This document shows positions 63,638 to 64,000 of a stretch of DNA of 64,000 nucleotides, piece by piece (within the stretch, counting starts at the first letter, position 1; every line of letters starts with the position of its first letter). The stretch comes from Massalongia carnosa. Taxonomy: Eukaryota. The notes beneath the pieces are model-generated. The model worked only from the letters and a program-made list of their open reading frames with translations, did no database searches and was not told the origin of the DNA. The stretch is from NCBI GenBank assembly GCA_965645245.1, contig OZ287073.1, positions 1,364,001-1,428,000 of the forward strand. Reading direction: 5' to 3'. The position numbers and the translations under genes were made by a program.

Positions 63638-64000
63638 TCAGCTGAGAATATTTTTTTTCTCAGCCGCTTTCTCCTCCCTAGCCTTCTTCCGTTTCGCCTT
63701 TTCCTCCTCCTTCTGCTTTCTTGTTGAACAAAGCTCCCTACACTGACTTACCTTGATGATTCCACCCTGAGAGGCCACCTGTCCACCAAGAACGGCTCGT
63801 TTCTGACGTGATGAAGCTGCTTCCTGCATGGCATGAAGGTCTCGAGTGGTCAAATCTAGAGCATGAGCGGATGCCACCGAACCGCGAACGAACCGTTCAA
63901 CCTGTTGAACCTCTAGTTTATCATTGGGTCTCGCTTTGGCAATGGCTCTCTGAAGCTTTCGACCGTACCGAACAACCGATTCGGGCCCATGGGGTGTGCG
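63638..64000 (-). mobile_element. 3' end of a second pogo/Fot1-like transposase, cut by the window edge
   Basis: Open frame from 64000: RTPHGPESVVRYGRKLQRA..RQKRAVLGGQVASQGGIIKVSQCR..basic tail, resembling Fot1-type C-termini. Catalytic core not in the window. Confidence 0.55.

Noticed and set aside
1..64000. tRNA, rRNA or snoRNA genes
   Set aside because: No convincing cloverleaf, rRNA or C/D box pattern seen by eye; tRNAscan-SE/Infernal would be needed to exclude them.

Overview
Eukaryotic, intron-rich genomic DNA from a filamentous ascomycete (Pezizomycotina; GT-AG introns with CTRAC/CTAAT branch points). It contains a run of conserved housekeeping genes: RSC subunit Npl6/Rsc7, P5C dehydrogenase, argininosuccinate synthase, beta-tubulin, an MFS monocarboxylate-type transporter, a LIM protein, Sld3, Dpb4, Nug1, a HAD glycerol-3-phosphatase, an Hbx1-like homeobox factor and a PlsC-family acyltransferase. 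Highlights: (1) a ~9.6-kb three-gene DNA transposon (20264-29852) with a CMC/EnSpm/Plavaka-type transposase but AGGG termini and a TTA target-site duplication, plus two unknown passenger genes; (2) three nearby genes encoding Lys/Pro/Ala-rich proteins or tails, each preceded by a perfect TGACGTCA (CRE) site; (3) a spliced hydrophobin-like 8-Cys secreted protein not visible in the ORF track; (4) a degenerate ORF with a 12-bp minisatellite; (5) a TE-rich right end with a CAC-terminated MITE, a full-length Fot1/pogo element and part of a second pogo transposase. All calls come from reading the sequence and recalling family motifs; no database searches were run, and exon boundaries are manual predictions.
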